From: Spironucleus salmonicida
Lineage: Eukaryota
Reading direction: 5' to 3'
NCBI RefSeq assembly: GCF_000497125.1
Contig: NC_090601.1
Span: forward strand, 248,001 to 312,000
Length of the DNA: 64,000 nucleotides
The first letter of the stretch is position 1. Each line of letters begins with the position of its first letter. The notes under the pieces were generated by a model that was not told where the DNA came from, searched no databases, and saw only the letters and a list, made by a program, of their open reading frames with translations. The position numbers and the translations under genes are program-made. Below, one piece after another: positions 1 to 13,290 of the stretch.

Positions 1-2722
1 TGTCCAATAATATACAGAGTAAATTATCATCTATGCATCATTTACTGACTAATTGCCTAATCTTCAGACTAAAGATGTATAAAAATTTACTTGCTCGATT
101 ATTTAAGATAAGTGTATAATAAATATTCTAAATGCATCTAACACACCTATTTTCTTTACAGTTTAGGCTAAAAATTCAATTATTTTAGTCGCTGCTCCAA
201 TTGGTGAAAATATCAAGTAAATCTTCGATAGTTAAACATTTAATGATTCTATTTTATTTGGCGATGAGGCAGTTACTGGTAAAGAGTATGTTTATAAGCC
301 TAACAGTTTATCATAAGAGGGAGAAATATTACCATAATAAGAACTATTATTCTCCTTAGAACTTAAGAATTATGATATTTTGGAATCACAAACTAACTTA
401 AATTTAGTTGCCTATATCTCTAATTCCCCATGCCCAAATAGCTCTAACTACATTATAAAATTATCAGCTTTAGATGGATCGATAGAAAAATTAGACGACG
501 AATCATTTATAATTGTTACACAAAATATCGCTCCATTATCATACCATAGGGTATTTTTTGTTACTGTTATTTGTGAAGGTATAGATTGTTCTGATTAAGC
601 ATCCTCTATGAAAATTCTTAGATATAGTATTACAACATATCCATTATTTATGATACCCCCGTTAGAAAAGAATGGAGGCGAGGCAAGTATATTTCCTGTA
701 AAGAATGGAATTACGACTTCCTATTTTACTATATCTCCAAATGGTTATTCTAATATTTAATTTATACCTTCTAATGAAAAATTATGTGCTAAATTAATTT
801 ATAATTTGCACATTTGTTATGGAATATTGTAATCTAATTATGTGATTACCTAACAAGATAACTGTTTTGTCAAAAAAATAAGCTCCACAGAAACATATGA
901 ATAACTGTTTGACCTTTTTAACTCTAGGCATTAAGCGGGACGAATTTTCATATAGTTATCGTTAGATCTTTCCGAGTTCACTGGTTCACTCAAAGTTATA
1001 CCTTATTGTTTCGCTAGAACTAATCTATATGAATTTTAACGTATTTTACCATCCAAAACATTATTAGTTACAAATATGACTAGACTATTTGGGAATATAC
1101 CATCATTAAGTAAAACATGTTCTAGTAATAACTCTCCTGGTGATCGCTTAGTTATATAGTCAAAAGGTTGTGATTTCTAAATTTGTATCACAGATGATAT
1201 TGCAAATTTATAATATGCTGAAAAATAGTGTTTGAATGATTTTAAATAAATACATTCTAATGATACATTTACAATTGATTATTAAAATTGGTAAAATATA
1301 TAGGCTGTGGGTAAACTTTAGGCACACACGAATATTATTGCCACTGTAGTGACTAGTTGCTAAGTAGAAATTACAATTAGAGGTCAAGCTGTTATTGATC
1401 CAAATGCTATAGGTAATATAAATTTCTTTACGTATGATCATTATTATGGAAATTAATATTTACATTCATATGCTATTAATACAAAATCTTTATCTAAAAT
1501 AAATTTAACATTACATTCAGGTCCATTTTGCAGTGATATATACTGTAGAAAGGATAAATTGCCTGACGAAATGTAGACAAACACTATTATTACTGCCATT
1601 TCCACTAAAAATATGCTTCCTTCATTAGATAATTCAGAGATCACCGTATATGATAAAGGTGTTTAGATGATTTAACTTTAAAATTTGTCAGGAGATTGGG
1701 TTTATATAACAGTAATATATAGATTTGGATTTTTGTTGTCTTAAAAGAACTTTAGAAGTTCAATGCCATATATAGTCAATTTATTACAAAACTATAATAT
1801 TTAAAATTTTATTGGATTTTAAGAAACTAAGTCTATTATTCATGACGGTTCAAGCAAATTCTATCCTATTGATCATTATTAGAGTAAGGTTTCCTATATA
1901 CCATCTTAATTAGTTATTTATCCATGTAAAGGTAGACCTGCAGTACTTATTGATCCATATGCACCTTAGTCATCTCCTCTAGTGAAAGATTATTAATAAT
2001 TGCTAGTTTAGACGTATGGACGGCCTATTTAATACATTTATTCATAAGAATAGTATGTTCAGATTCAATCCTTTGTTTCTGTATTTGATTATAATAGATA
2101 TGATCTACATAACAATACATTTACATCAAATGATACAAAAATGGAATATGAAGTTTATTTTGGTTCAACTGTTTAATAAATTAGGCCAGGAAATTAAGGA
2201 AAGCTTACTATAATTAAGTATGATAACTCTAATTAGGGGAGCATCACAATCCGTTTTTATCCCGCATCAACCTCTTATCAATAGGATGATTTAGCTTAAG
2301 TCAATTATTTAATGTATGCTATTCCTTATTCAGGAAGCATTGATGAGGAGAATGACTATTCCCCATATACTACTTGTGGTATTCGTAAAAAGGGATATCC
2401 AATTTATATTGAAGATGGCAAAGAATATATTTTATATGATGAAAAATAAGTAATAAAACAAGGATATATAGAAATTACTAGCAATTAAAATCTATTTCCA
2501 CTAACGTCTTAAGGTACGAATATATATGTTACAATATTAGTAGGTTAGGTAGCATATGAGGCTGTTTTAGGAAGTGGTGAAGTCATAGCACAGTCTAATT
2601 TAATTTACATTACCTTTGCAATAGTTATTGGAATTATTTTGGCTCTATTCTTGGTATTCTTTATTTTAGTCATCAGACTCAGAAAGTAATAACAGTCAGG
2701 ATATAAACATATTGCTTTGTGA
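1..2722 (+). CDS. Large type I membrane protein, 5' partial (>900 aa), unknown function
   Basis: Frame from nt 2 reads open with TAR=Gln in the segments translated and ends at TGA 2720-2722. C-terminal TM helix LIYITFAIVIGIILALFLVFFILVI is followed by tail RLRKQQQSGYKHIAL. Confidence 0.8.
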
Positions 2723-2795
2723 AAGAATTCATTTTAATTTATATACTGTTTTATGTTCAACATAATTTATATATTAAATATTAAATACTACTAAA

Positions 2796-3242
2796 ATGAA
2801 TGAATAAATTGATTATATTCTTCCAGATCTTCCTGATTTTATTCAGGTTACACCTGCAAGCAGAGTTCCATTCCACTAACCAAATTAGTCCAAATCCAAG
2901 AAAATCATAAAACCAATTAAAATCTCACATTACAGAATACAAACTTTTTTAGAACATGAAATTTCTATACATGATACTCCAGGGCCAGGTTCTTATACAA
3001 AGAGTATTTAAGGGCTAAAAAGGGTAACATAATCGGAGGCATTAAATAAAAATTCTTTTAAAATACCTGAAGAAGTTAATGATTTTCGACCATTTTATAA
3101 CACCACAAGTAGCTTTAAATATATTGCTACTAGATCATAAAGTCCATCTTTTCGTTAAACTGAGCGATTTAGTTAAGTGGTAGTTTATGGTCCTAAATCA
3201 GTATACAAAAAGTAAGAAATAAGTAAATTTTGTAATTGGTGA
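2796..3242 (+). CDS. SHIPPO/sperm-tail PG-rich repeat protein (148 aa)
   Basis: ATG 2796 to TGA 3240; contains DTPGPGSY, the PGP repeat typical of SHIPPO/ODF3/STPG proteins. Confidence 0.65.
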
Positions 3243-3407
3243 ATTATTAGTTTATTTATTTAATTTTACATATACTGATTTAGAATATTAATAGAATAAT
3301 CAAATTTTCTTAGTAAATAATTTAATTTTTTGAAACTTAATATATCAAACTTATTTTATTTTTCTTATTAATAAAATAATATACATTATCTCATCAAATC
3401 ATAATTA

Positions 3408-5462
3408 ATGGACAAAATTATTAATAGTCTACCATTGGTTCCACAGGCATTGATCGATGCAAATTTCGATCATATTTAGTATTTAAATACTGTATTACAA
3501 CCAAATAAAGTAAATTAATCTCTCATAAATAATCTCATACTTGAAACAGAGGTTTAAATGTAGCAAATCACAGAATAAATGGAAGATATTGTTCTAAAAC
3601 CGTAGATTTAATTCAATTTAGGTGAAAATTCTCATTTTATTAGCGATATACATATAATTACAAGTGAAATTTCAAACGTAGAAAATGTTATTTCATAATT
3701 TGCAAACAACACATAATAACTGAATCTCGCCAAGCAAGAGTTAGATAATATTTAATTTATTGTTGAATGCTGCAATTAATTTCTTGATATTCAAGAATCA
3801 AGTAATCAGCAAATCCTCTATAAATTTCTTCTGTATCAAAAGTTATAAAATTTTAGCGATATTCCAGAGCTTTTCGAGAAATTAAAAGATTTTGAGGTTA
3901 AGATCGATAATATGTCAATTTAGAAAATTGATTAAGTAGATATATTTGAGTTCTGGGCTGAGGCATTTTCACGGGCAATGGAATAATTTAGTATAGGTAA
4001 GGAGTGTAAATTTTACGATTCTTTAATAAAATAGCTATTGTAGGCTAATTTTATTGAATTATTCAATGCTAATAAACTGGATAAACAATTCAGCCAGAAA
4101 GTCCTATTATTTTTCAAATTACATAAATAATACATGGACCAAATGGCACCAAAAATATCACTAGAACTACTTCCCAGCAGGGTTGAGTTTCTATTATTTA
4201 TGAATAAGTTTGCACAAAATGTTAGTAATTTATTTTACTATACTGAAAAGGAATTCATCTTAAAATATGATTTTTTTATACTGTTTATTTAGTCATTTAT
4301 GAAAATACTCAGTTAAAAAATTAGCAAAGATATTTAAAATTAAGATATTTTTGAGGTAATAGTTATTCTTTAATAATGTTAAGAAATTGAAGCATATTTG
4401 CTTTAGGAAAATGTGATTTAGAATGGTGATTTGATGGGAGAATTTCATTCAAAGCATTAATAAATATTAGAGTATATATAATCATAAGTATTAGAATCGT
4501 TAAAATAAAAATTTTCATTGCCAGTTTTGAATTTAGACTTTTCTAAATTTTCAAAACAATAATTATCAGCATACTATGATTAAGATTTCTATATAATCCA
4601 AAAGGAAAACTTAAATCATGTATTTGCGTTATTGTAGCTACTTCCATCTTAAAAAAGTATTAACAAAAATTTTATATCAACTATATCAAGTATTTTTTAG
4701 TAAGTAAACAACTTCGTTATTGGTCATTTAGACTTTAGGCATATTATTCCAATATAAATTCATAGATTTGTTAAAAGAACAGATTATGCTTAATTTAAAG
4801 ATTTAGTTGATGGAAAAGTTTCGTCAATAGTAAAATTTAAATGCTTGAATTCTGGTAGTTTGATATTAGTAGATTACTCTATGCAGGAGAATATTATTAA
4901 GTTCATGGTGCAACTACTAAAATTAAGTAAATTTAGTGTAATTTTCGTATAGAAATGTTCTGAATTGCTTAAAGGAAAGAATTTCGAAGGGTTAGTTTAA
5001 GGACTAGGGTCTGAGGATCTTATTGAGTTATGTCTGTTAAGTTTAATTAGTGGATAGTTTGTATCATCAGTTTTCATCGATAAAAACATTAAAAGTGCTA
5101 GATAAGTTATGTAAACTCAATTTACGTTTATACTAGATAAATTAAGATAATTTTATGATGAATTTGCTATAGATTCATTCTTTTAACTATCTAGTACCGT
5201 ACTCATAGAAAATACTGCTGCTGGATGTTTACTTCTCCTCCAAGATAGCTAATAAATTGAGCAATTTAGCGATGAAATTCGTTAGTTTTTTGACTAGAAC
5301 AACTTCTTGGAAAATGGTGCAGATATTTCGATTATAAACAAAATAATAAGTATAATGAAAATAAGGTAGCGTGTACTTGATAACGCTACTATTACTAGAG
5401 ATGAATTTATATCTATATTAGGTTAGGAAAGCGTTAGCTGGTACAATGAAATTTGTGGTTGA
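3408..5462 (+). CDS. Vps53-like (GARP/CATCHR tether) protein, 684 aa
   Basis: N-terminal DANFDHIQYLNTVL and ENVISQFANNTQQLNLAKQEL resemble the Vps53_N DFD..YLN and ITRDIKQLDHAK segments; remainder looks helical. Confidence 0.6.
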
Positions 5463-5496
5463 TATGAATATTTTCAATTTCATTTTCACTCTATAA

Positions 5497-6291
5497 ATGA
5501 ACTTTAAGGCCGAAATCCTACAATATAAATATTATCTTTATAATCTTTTTTCTAACCTTCAAAATATTACCCCATAACCACATGCTTCCCATATACATGA
5601 TGGTATTTCACTAAAGATCATTAGTGAACTTCGCCAAATTAACGAGCTTTATCTGCTCATTGATAATACAAATTATCGTCCTAAAGTCACATAAAAATTT
5701 ATTCAAAGGTTTTAAAACTGTCTGAATTTTGATATATAGAAACCTTAGTTCTTAGATGTTTCATAGTTTGCTAATTCAGAAGAGGAACTATAAAATTTTA
5801 TCTAGTAGGCGAATTTTAATTAGTTAATCTTATTATATAATAAATATAACAAATTCCGTATAATAGAAAATCCTCTTGATTTTGAAACAGAATTTAAGTT
5901 TTCTACAGCAGAAAGTTTACGTTATTAACTGTAAACCACTTTTAAAAACTTTTTTAAACTTACGTTTGAACCATAGATTTCTGACAAAACTTCTTTATCA
6001 CAGTTTGCAAAAACTCCGACAGCCCAAATATTTCATTTACTGACTTCAAAAATATCTACAAAAAGAACTGGCTTAAAGACATTTTTAGATAGGAACACGG
6101 GATAGGTGATAAAATCTCATGAATACAAACTGGGTCAATTTTAAAAAAGTCAAAATTGTGAATTTTGTCGTAAAAAAATATATGGTATTGTGGCAATTGA
6201 GACACATTTTTACGACAAATATCATGTTGCTAATTTACAGAAAATGGGATTAAATTGGGAAGAAATGCGCGGCATTTGGAACATTAAATGA
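5497..6291 (+). CDS. Divergent SF3a60/Prp9-like U2 snRNP zinc-finger protein, 264 aa
   Basis: C-terminal YKLGQFQKSQNCEFCRKKIYGIVAIETHFYDKYHVANLQKMGL fits the Prp9/SF3A3 pattern YKL..CEIC..Y.G...HF...H....LG. Confidence 0.65.
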
Positions 6292-6299
6292 AATAAAAA

Positions 6300-6383
6300 T
6301 ACCAACTGTGGGATTTGAACCCACGCGGAGTTAGCCCCCAGGAGATCTTGAGTCACCCGCCTTAACCACTCGGCCAAATTGGT
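6300..6383 (-). tRNA. tRNA-Leu(CAA)
   Basis: Minus strand folds into a cloverleaf: acceptor ACCAATT/AGTTGGT, D-arm TGGCCGAGTGGTTAAGGC, anticodon loop CTCAAGA, long variable arm, T-arm GTGGG-TTCAAAT-CCCAC, then a T-run. Confidence 0.93.
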
Positions 6384-6533
6384 ATAATAAATATTAAGTA
6401 ATTTTAATAAGCTTAGATATTTTAAAATACCTTGTCTTTTTGTGTAGGATAAATCTTTTCTTGCCATTTTCCGTATTTAGTAAAATGTTATATTTTATAT
6501 GTACTATAATAAACTATTTATATCTTCTTTAAA

Positions 6534-7535
6534 ATGGATTTAACATAGATATAAACTGTTGTATATAAAAATATGGTGACAATGTTAAAATAAGAACCAT
6601 GTGCATTATATAGTGATAATTATGAAGTTAAGTTTACATTTCAATAACTGCTGACGTAATAAGATAAAGATAATGTAATTTCAAAATTTCTTTAAAATAA
6701 CGTTAGCCTATCTTACTATTTATTTGACCAATATGAATAAAATGGATTCATTTTCAAATTTGATTATTATTTCTATACAATAATAAACTCAATTAGGAAA
6801 AATTTGTATATAAAAGATAATTAGTCCATTAATGATATAATTGACTAAGCATAGAAATACTGTAAAGACAATGCTACTATTTATTTTTAAAATAAAGAGT
6901 AATTTGTCTTTTAAGTGATAGCAGAATTAAGTAGAATAAAAAGCTATTATATTCCTATGCATTATGAGTATAAGAAGAATATGTTTAATCGTTTTTATGG
7001 TTCAATTATTTAAATAAAAGATCAATGGTATATAGTTGATATGAGTAAGTAGTATAACTAAAATCCATCAATATTAAACAGTCTCAAATCAGAGAAATAA
7101 TTACTTTCAAAAGAGGAGGCTTCGAATTATTTATTTGAATTTGCATATGAAATTTCAAGCACTCCTTTCAATACTTGCTAAATAAGTAGAAGCTAAATTC
7201 TTTATAATTCTATATCTGGTTATTCAATTACAAATTCTGCTGATGAGTCGGAAGCTTCATTGCTGCTTAAATCATTAAAGCCAAAAATATTTACAATCAA
7301 ATAGAAATAACCCGTACTACCTGAAATTAATTACACACCAAGATAATAATGCTATGATTTATTATCTAAGAGCGAAGCATATTAAACTTTGAAAGATCAG
7401 TAATTCAATTTTAAATAGTAGGATGATGAAAATTTGTTAGAAATATTACCAGATTAATCATAAATATTATCTACAAATTTAAACACACATTACACAAATA
7501 ATCTGATAAGTTGTATTAATAACATAGAGGAGTGA
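6534..7535 (+). CDS. Hypothetical protein, 333 aa
   Basis: ATG after an A-run, in frame with a stop lying in AGTGA. Confidence 0.65.
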
Positions 7536-7675
7536 TATTAATTTAGTTACAACATTATCTATATGGAGAGAATTAAGTCATCACCCTTTTAATAAATTTT
7601 CATAAAATTACTTTATCTAGGAATTATATTATTATATACATTTTATTATTAAATTTTATTACTGTTTTCCATCAA

Positions 7676-9070
7676 ATGACGAATACAAAAATGATCCTTT
7701 ATACTTTAATTATTACTTAGTCCTTATATACTATCACAGCGTTTATATTAAAGAGTTAAGATAAGTAATTAAGCTATACGTTAACCTCAGAATTAAGCAA
7801 GAAAAAAATTTCTATGGGCTATTTTTCTTTTACTAAATTCATAGATTATCATAGGAATTTTAATTATGTTTCAAAAAGAGTTATATTATCTAATATAATT
7901 ATTATCCCCGCCCAACTTCTATTTTTTCTTATAGCGCCTATTATGATGTATACAATATATATTTAATTTTTTAGTGATAGTAAAGATAATTCCTATACTT
8001 TCTAACTACCTCAAGGTAATTTATTTGTTATTATTATCACATTTTTTTAAGTTGCTCTGATACATGAACTTGGCCATTTTACTTTTGCAAAACTAACAGG
8101 AGCCGAAGTTTTAGGGTTTGGTATAGGATTTTAGTTTGGATTCCCATTCTTTTATGTTAAAATACCAACAGGCAACTTATTGAAATAATAGAAAAAGCCT
8201 ATTATGTATGGAGGTGTAATTTTTAACATATTATTTGCTGTTTTGTTTCTTTCCCTTTTATGGATTGTATCGCTATCATTAAAAAATGGGGTATCAACTG
8301 AATTAGGAGTATTCACATAAATTAATTAAAAAAATACTTACAATTTATAATAATATAAAGAAGCTATAAATGGTATGAAAGCTGAATTCTATAAATAAAA
8401 ATTTGTTCTAGACTAAGATAATTAATTTTAAAAGCCCATATATAGAAATGTTTTACCTAGTTTTGGAGCAATATCCATTAAAATAGATAGAACTGGAACC
8501 GATTTATCGACATCTGGATCGGATGTATTGCTTTTATAAACTGAATAGCATATTTAGAACCAATTTGTCAAAGTATTAAAACCAGTTGTTCCATATTAAG
8601 AAACTTTAGCTTTAATAGAGCTTTCGCTTAAGTCACCTATATTCTGTTAGTCTTCTTCTGATAAAGAACTTTGCCTCTTGCCACCCAAAATTGGTAATGA
8701 TATATAATTTTTTGTAAAAGTCGTGTTAAATGGAGAAGAACAAGTTATTACAACTTCTTTTTAATAATTAGAGAAATAGGAAGTATTAGATGGCGGTAAT
8801 GGTATCAAAACTGTGCGTGTGATATAGATAATAGCCTCTCTATTAATATTTTAGGCATAAGCATCATTAGGGCTGGCAGCATTTTCATTACTACCAATTC
8901 CAAAACAATCAGATGGTGCAATGATATTAGATGAGATTGAATAATTCTTTACTCGAAAAATTGGGATTTTTAGCTTCGTTGTAGGAGGGTTGTATAGAAG
9001 CTTATGCATACTCCTTTTTGTGTCTATGATTATTCTATTAGTTCTAAAAGGATTTGGTATAACACTATGA
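7676..9070 (+). CDS. Site-2 protease (peptidase M50 intramembrane metalloprotease), 464 aa
   Basis: HELGH zinc motif in a TM segment, GGVIFN motif, and C-terminal SLLPIPKQSDG (the NxxPxxxxDG motif). Confidence 0.88.
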
Positions 9071-9123
9071 CATGATTATTATACTTATTATATTATACTT
9101 TTGATAATTTCTATTGTTTTAAA

Positions 9124-9879
9124 ATGCTTAAAACTATACTAAATAAGTAATCACTATTTAAAGTCCCAAATCATGTTGTTATAGTATTAGATGGAGATGG
9201 AGAACATTACAATAACTCGTAATAATCTTGCCATTTTTTAAAACTAATTCAAACAATATAATACTTTGATATACCAATAGTTTCGTTAGTCTTAGTATCT
9301 TAAACATCTCTATCCCTACCATCTGTAAATCTTACGAAATAGCTTAAGTAAATTTTATTCACATTAAGAAAATTAGAAAAAAAAATTGATGCTTAAGTAA
9401 GAATAATAGGAGATCTTTAATTGTGTCCAGATAAATAAATTGCATTAGAAATTTAAGAAACTTGCTAATAAAACACTGGAACTCAAATTGTATAGCTTTT
9501 CTTATTTTACTCATCACTTAATAGTATTTTTAAATAAAATTTTCAAAATCTGGAGCCTCCTGATTTATTTTTAAGAACTTCCGGGGAGCACAGACTTGGT
9601 GACATACTCTTATATGAAATTTCGAAACATCCTTGTTATATTTATTAAAAACCTTTTGATCTAAGTAGGATCAGTTATTTTACAATGTATAAATTACTTA
9701 CTTGCTGGTAATTGTTTTCCGAGAGAAGAAAGAATCTTATGTAAAAAGATACTACAAGATTTTTATTTAGTAAGCAATTTAAGAACCTAAGTAATAATTT
9801 TATACGAGATGATGAATTTACAAGAGAAGAAAGTGGTTTTGACAGTCAATAGGAAAATGCTGCTTATTTTAATTATTGA
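9124..9879 (+). CDS. cis-prenyltransferase family (DHDDS/UppS-like), divergent, 251 aa
   Basis: PNHVVIVLDGDG corresponds to PxHIAIIMDGNRR; PDLFLRTSGEHRLGDILLYE corresponds to [20 protein letters not shown]. Confidence 0.85.
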
Positions 9880-9914
9880 ATGATTATTTTACAATTATAA
9901 TATAGTATATAGAA

Positions 9915-10361
9915 ATGTATCCATAAAACATATAAATAGAAGACGTTATTTTACCTTTTTCAACTCACTTAATCTAATTTTATGAGAAGTAGTATCCTGA
10001 TTAAAATTTTACTGCATCTCTAAATACTCTTTTTAAAAATACTACTATAGTTCTTGATTTTGCCAAAAATAATATATTTTCATTATTTATTTCATGTCTT
10101 TAAAAACTTAATAAACATGATGTAAATGCTCTTCCACTAATTTAAAAGTAAATTGAGATGTTATCAAATATTTAAATGGCATAATTCTTTTAGATTAGTG
10201 AGACATTTATGACAAATGATATATCAGAAGTATCTGCTAAAGAAATGGCGAAGCGGATTGAAAATATGGATAAATAAGAAATGGAAACTATTTTTGGTCC
10301 AGAAGATGACTTTGAAGAAAAGGAAATGATTAGTAGTTGTCTTAATATTTGGAGTGAATGA
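9915..10361 (+). CDS. Skp1-like protein, 148 aa
   Basis: C-terminal EVSAKEMAKRIENMDKQEMETIFGPEDDFEEKE...NIWSE resembles the Skp1 dimerisation domain. Confidence 0.7.
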
Positions 10362-10366
10362 ATACT

Positions 10367-12601
10367 TCACTAAACTTGCTTTGAGCCTAGTCGTTGTTAC
10401 GTATCTAACTTTACCTGCTCTTAACGCTTATTTTCACCTATTTCTTCTTCTTTTTTTAGGTTTTACTATTTAGTATAGGCAATGAGTTTTTACTATTTTT
10501 CTTATTATCTTTATTCTGTTAATTCTTCTTTTGTCTATTTGTTTATTTGTTTTAATTATTCCTTTTGCTTTTAATCAATTTTTTTTCGCTTTAATACTTA
10601 TTCTTTAAATTTAAGTTATTATCGTTCTTCTTCAATTAAATTTTAAACAATAAGATAATTTGATGAAGACTATTAGTATGTTTATGTTAAAGAAATTCTA
10701 CGAGACGACTAGGTTTAAGGTTACGGTCTTGCTGGAGTACTAACATTTATTTTTAAATCCTGTAAAACTGATGGCTAAATTTAAGTAACTTAATCATTTT
10801 GATCATTAATTTTTACTGTACTTTACTGCAAACTTTAACTACGTTTTTATTATTAAACCGTATCTAGACGCTACTGAATCTATAGATTTTTTTATTTTTC
10901 ATTATCTTATATTGATGTTAAACGATCTTTAAACATTTTTAGTTATTTTTCTTATTTTTCTTTCTATTAAATTTAAATTTCATGGTCATGAGCCTATTTT
11001 CTTAGTATCCTTCTCTTCTCCATATCAATAAAATCTTATCTGCATGCTTCTTAATAATCTTCTTTTCTAGGATCAAAATTACTCATATTCGTTTATTTAA
11101 GTTTTTTATATAATTATTTTTTATCTCTAAGCTAATTTCTTTTATCTTCTGTCTTTTGGATATTTCTATCTAAATTCTTAACATTTTGTGTAGTATTTTC
11201 AATTTAGGTAGATAAAGATTCTATATTTTCTTGTAAATCGTGCTTAGTAATACTATCCTTTTAAAGATTAATTAATTTATCGTTCAAAAATAATAACTAT
11301 AATAATCTTTACTATTTATAGTTAACTTCAGTATAAACTGGTTCAGGTAATATATTATACTTTGCTGCCTATGCTTTAAGATGTATATTAGTATAATTTA
11401 GCTAAATTTTGCTATATGCTTTTTTAATCAAAACTGAATTTATTCTTCTACGTTTTTCATACCAATCATCCTTCACCCATAAACTCATAAATTCATTAAT
11501 AGCTTAAACAGGTTAAATTGCTTCTAAGCACGAAATTAATAATTAACTATTAACCTCAATTTTTATAACATTGTTCTTAAAAATCAAAAAGAGAAAAATT
11601 GGATCTACTAAATCTTCAACTGCTGATGCTTCTAAATCACTAAACGAGTGAACTAAAATATGTTAGTTTAAGTTATGAAAAATTTAAATAACATTAATAT
11701 TGGGTTTATTAATAATATCCTAATAACATAACAGCTCTTTGCTCAAAATTGCACACTCCCGCCCCAAATCAAATTTAAATTAAAGTAAACCAAAACTAAT
11801 ATTTTCTTGCTAACTTTTAACCAAATACTCTATACCATGAAACTAAGAAATCATATCTACTAATATACTTACTTGAAGCTCTTTTCTAATTATTATTTTC
11901 TGCTCATCATTCTCGTCCTACTTTTAAATAATATGCAAATTGAAATCTGGATCAAAGCACCCATAATCATCATAACTTTTAACACTTCTCATGTTGCTCA
12001 AATTAAGCTCAATCTTACACTCATTAAGCAGCATATAATAAAGCTAAAAATCAAAAATCTAACCAACTGTGAGTACTTTTTCGTGGATTCTTATTTTCTA
12101 TTGCTCGTTTTTTATAGTTAAAAAGTCGAATTTGTCGCTCATAAATGTCAATGCAAATCTATATTCAACAAATTTTGGCAACATAAGTAAACTATAGTTT
12201 GTGTTCATTGGAAAATGTAAGGTAGTTGTTTTAAATTCAATTGTTAAGTAATATCTGTCGAGTACTTCAAATTCACTTAGAAATTAAAATCTCAGAAATT
12301 CAGAATCATTAGATTCAAGTATGAAACTAATACCAAAATATTAGGTTTTCAAATCAAATTTCGCTTGAAATGTCTTTCTGGATAAAGTTTCTTTAATAAG
12401 GTATGTAAAATCAAAGAAAATTTGCTGAATTTAGAATTATTGAGGCAAGGTATTAGTTATGCTCTTCTTTTTACTATAAGGCTCATATCTAAGGTCAATA
12501 ATGTTATTAGTGGTAAATAATAGTATCCGTAGGTTTTTTAAATTTTAGGCTACAGATTTTTAAAGTTATGTAAAATTGACAGTTAAAGTTTGCGATTACA
12601 T
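10367..12601 (-). CDS. Hypothetical coiled-coil protein, 744 aa
   Basis: ATG 12601 in frame with TGA 10369-10367 (AGTGA end); Q/E/K-rich C-terminal half. Confidence 0.7.
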
Positions 12602-12691
12602 TTTAATTAATTAATTAAAAATAAATAATATATATTAACACTTCAACAATAAAAAATATACTAATTTACTATATATACATATCTAGTAAGA

Positions 12692-13246
12692 ATGAATATA
12701 ACTAAACATGACTTACATGTGTACTTAGCTTATGAAAATACCAATATTTTAATTAATTGTCCTAACAACATCTAGCAAATGTTATTAAAAGATAAATTTC
12801 ATTTTTAATATGTTGTTATTATGGAATTGATACCAGAACTATTATTTGGGTTACCAGCTTTAATTTGTTAATAATATTGTTCGAAAAACTTCCTTCATAT
12901 ATATGGACCTGTTGGTATGTTAAAAATTATAGATGGTTTTTCATCAGTTATTACTTAGGAAATATTGAATTCTATAATTATAACAGAAATTGACAAATTT
13001 TCGATTAAAAATTTACAGATATCAAGATCAAACTCATAATTATGCTTTTTTGTTGATGGAAAATAAACAATTGATTGCGAAAGAGTTAAAAATGAACTAC
13101 CATTCGGTTTATAAAGAGCAAAGTTATTAAAAGGGAATGATGTTGTAATTGATGGTATTAGTTATAATGCAGCAGAATATTCAAAATTAGTTGATCCATA
13201 GTAAATATTTCTTAAGTTTAATAAAACTATATAAATTATTGAATGA
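12692..13246 (+). CDS. Short RNase Z-like protein lacking the catalytic HxHxDH motif, 184 aa
   Basis: ILINCPNNIQQ (cf. FNCGEGTQR), LFGLPAL, LHIYGPVGM, and an exosite-like GKQTIDCEKVKNELPFGLQRAKLLKGNDVVIDG. Confidence 0.6.
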
Positions 13247-13290
13247 TTATGATTTTCATATTATATTTTATACTGAAAACACAGTATAAA

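Noticed and set aside
7676-9879. M50 protease next to a UppS-like gene, reminiscent of the bacterial uppS-cdsA-rseP operon
   Set aside because: Order is reversed, cdsA/dxr are absent, and the protease looks like a eukaryotic S2P; probably coincidence.
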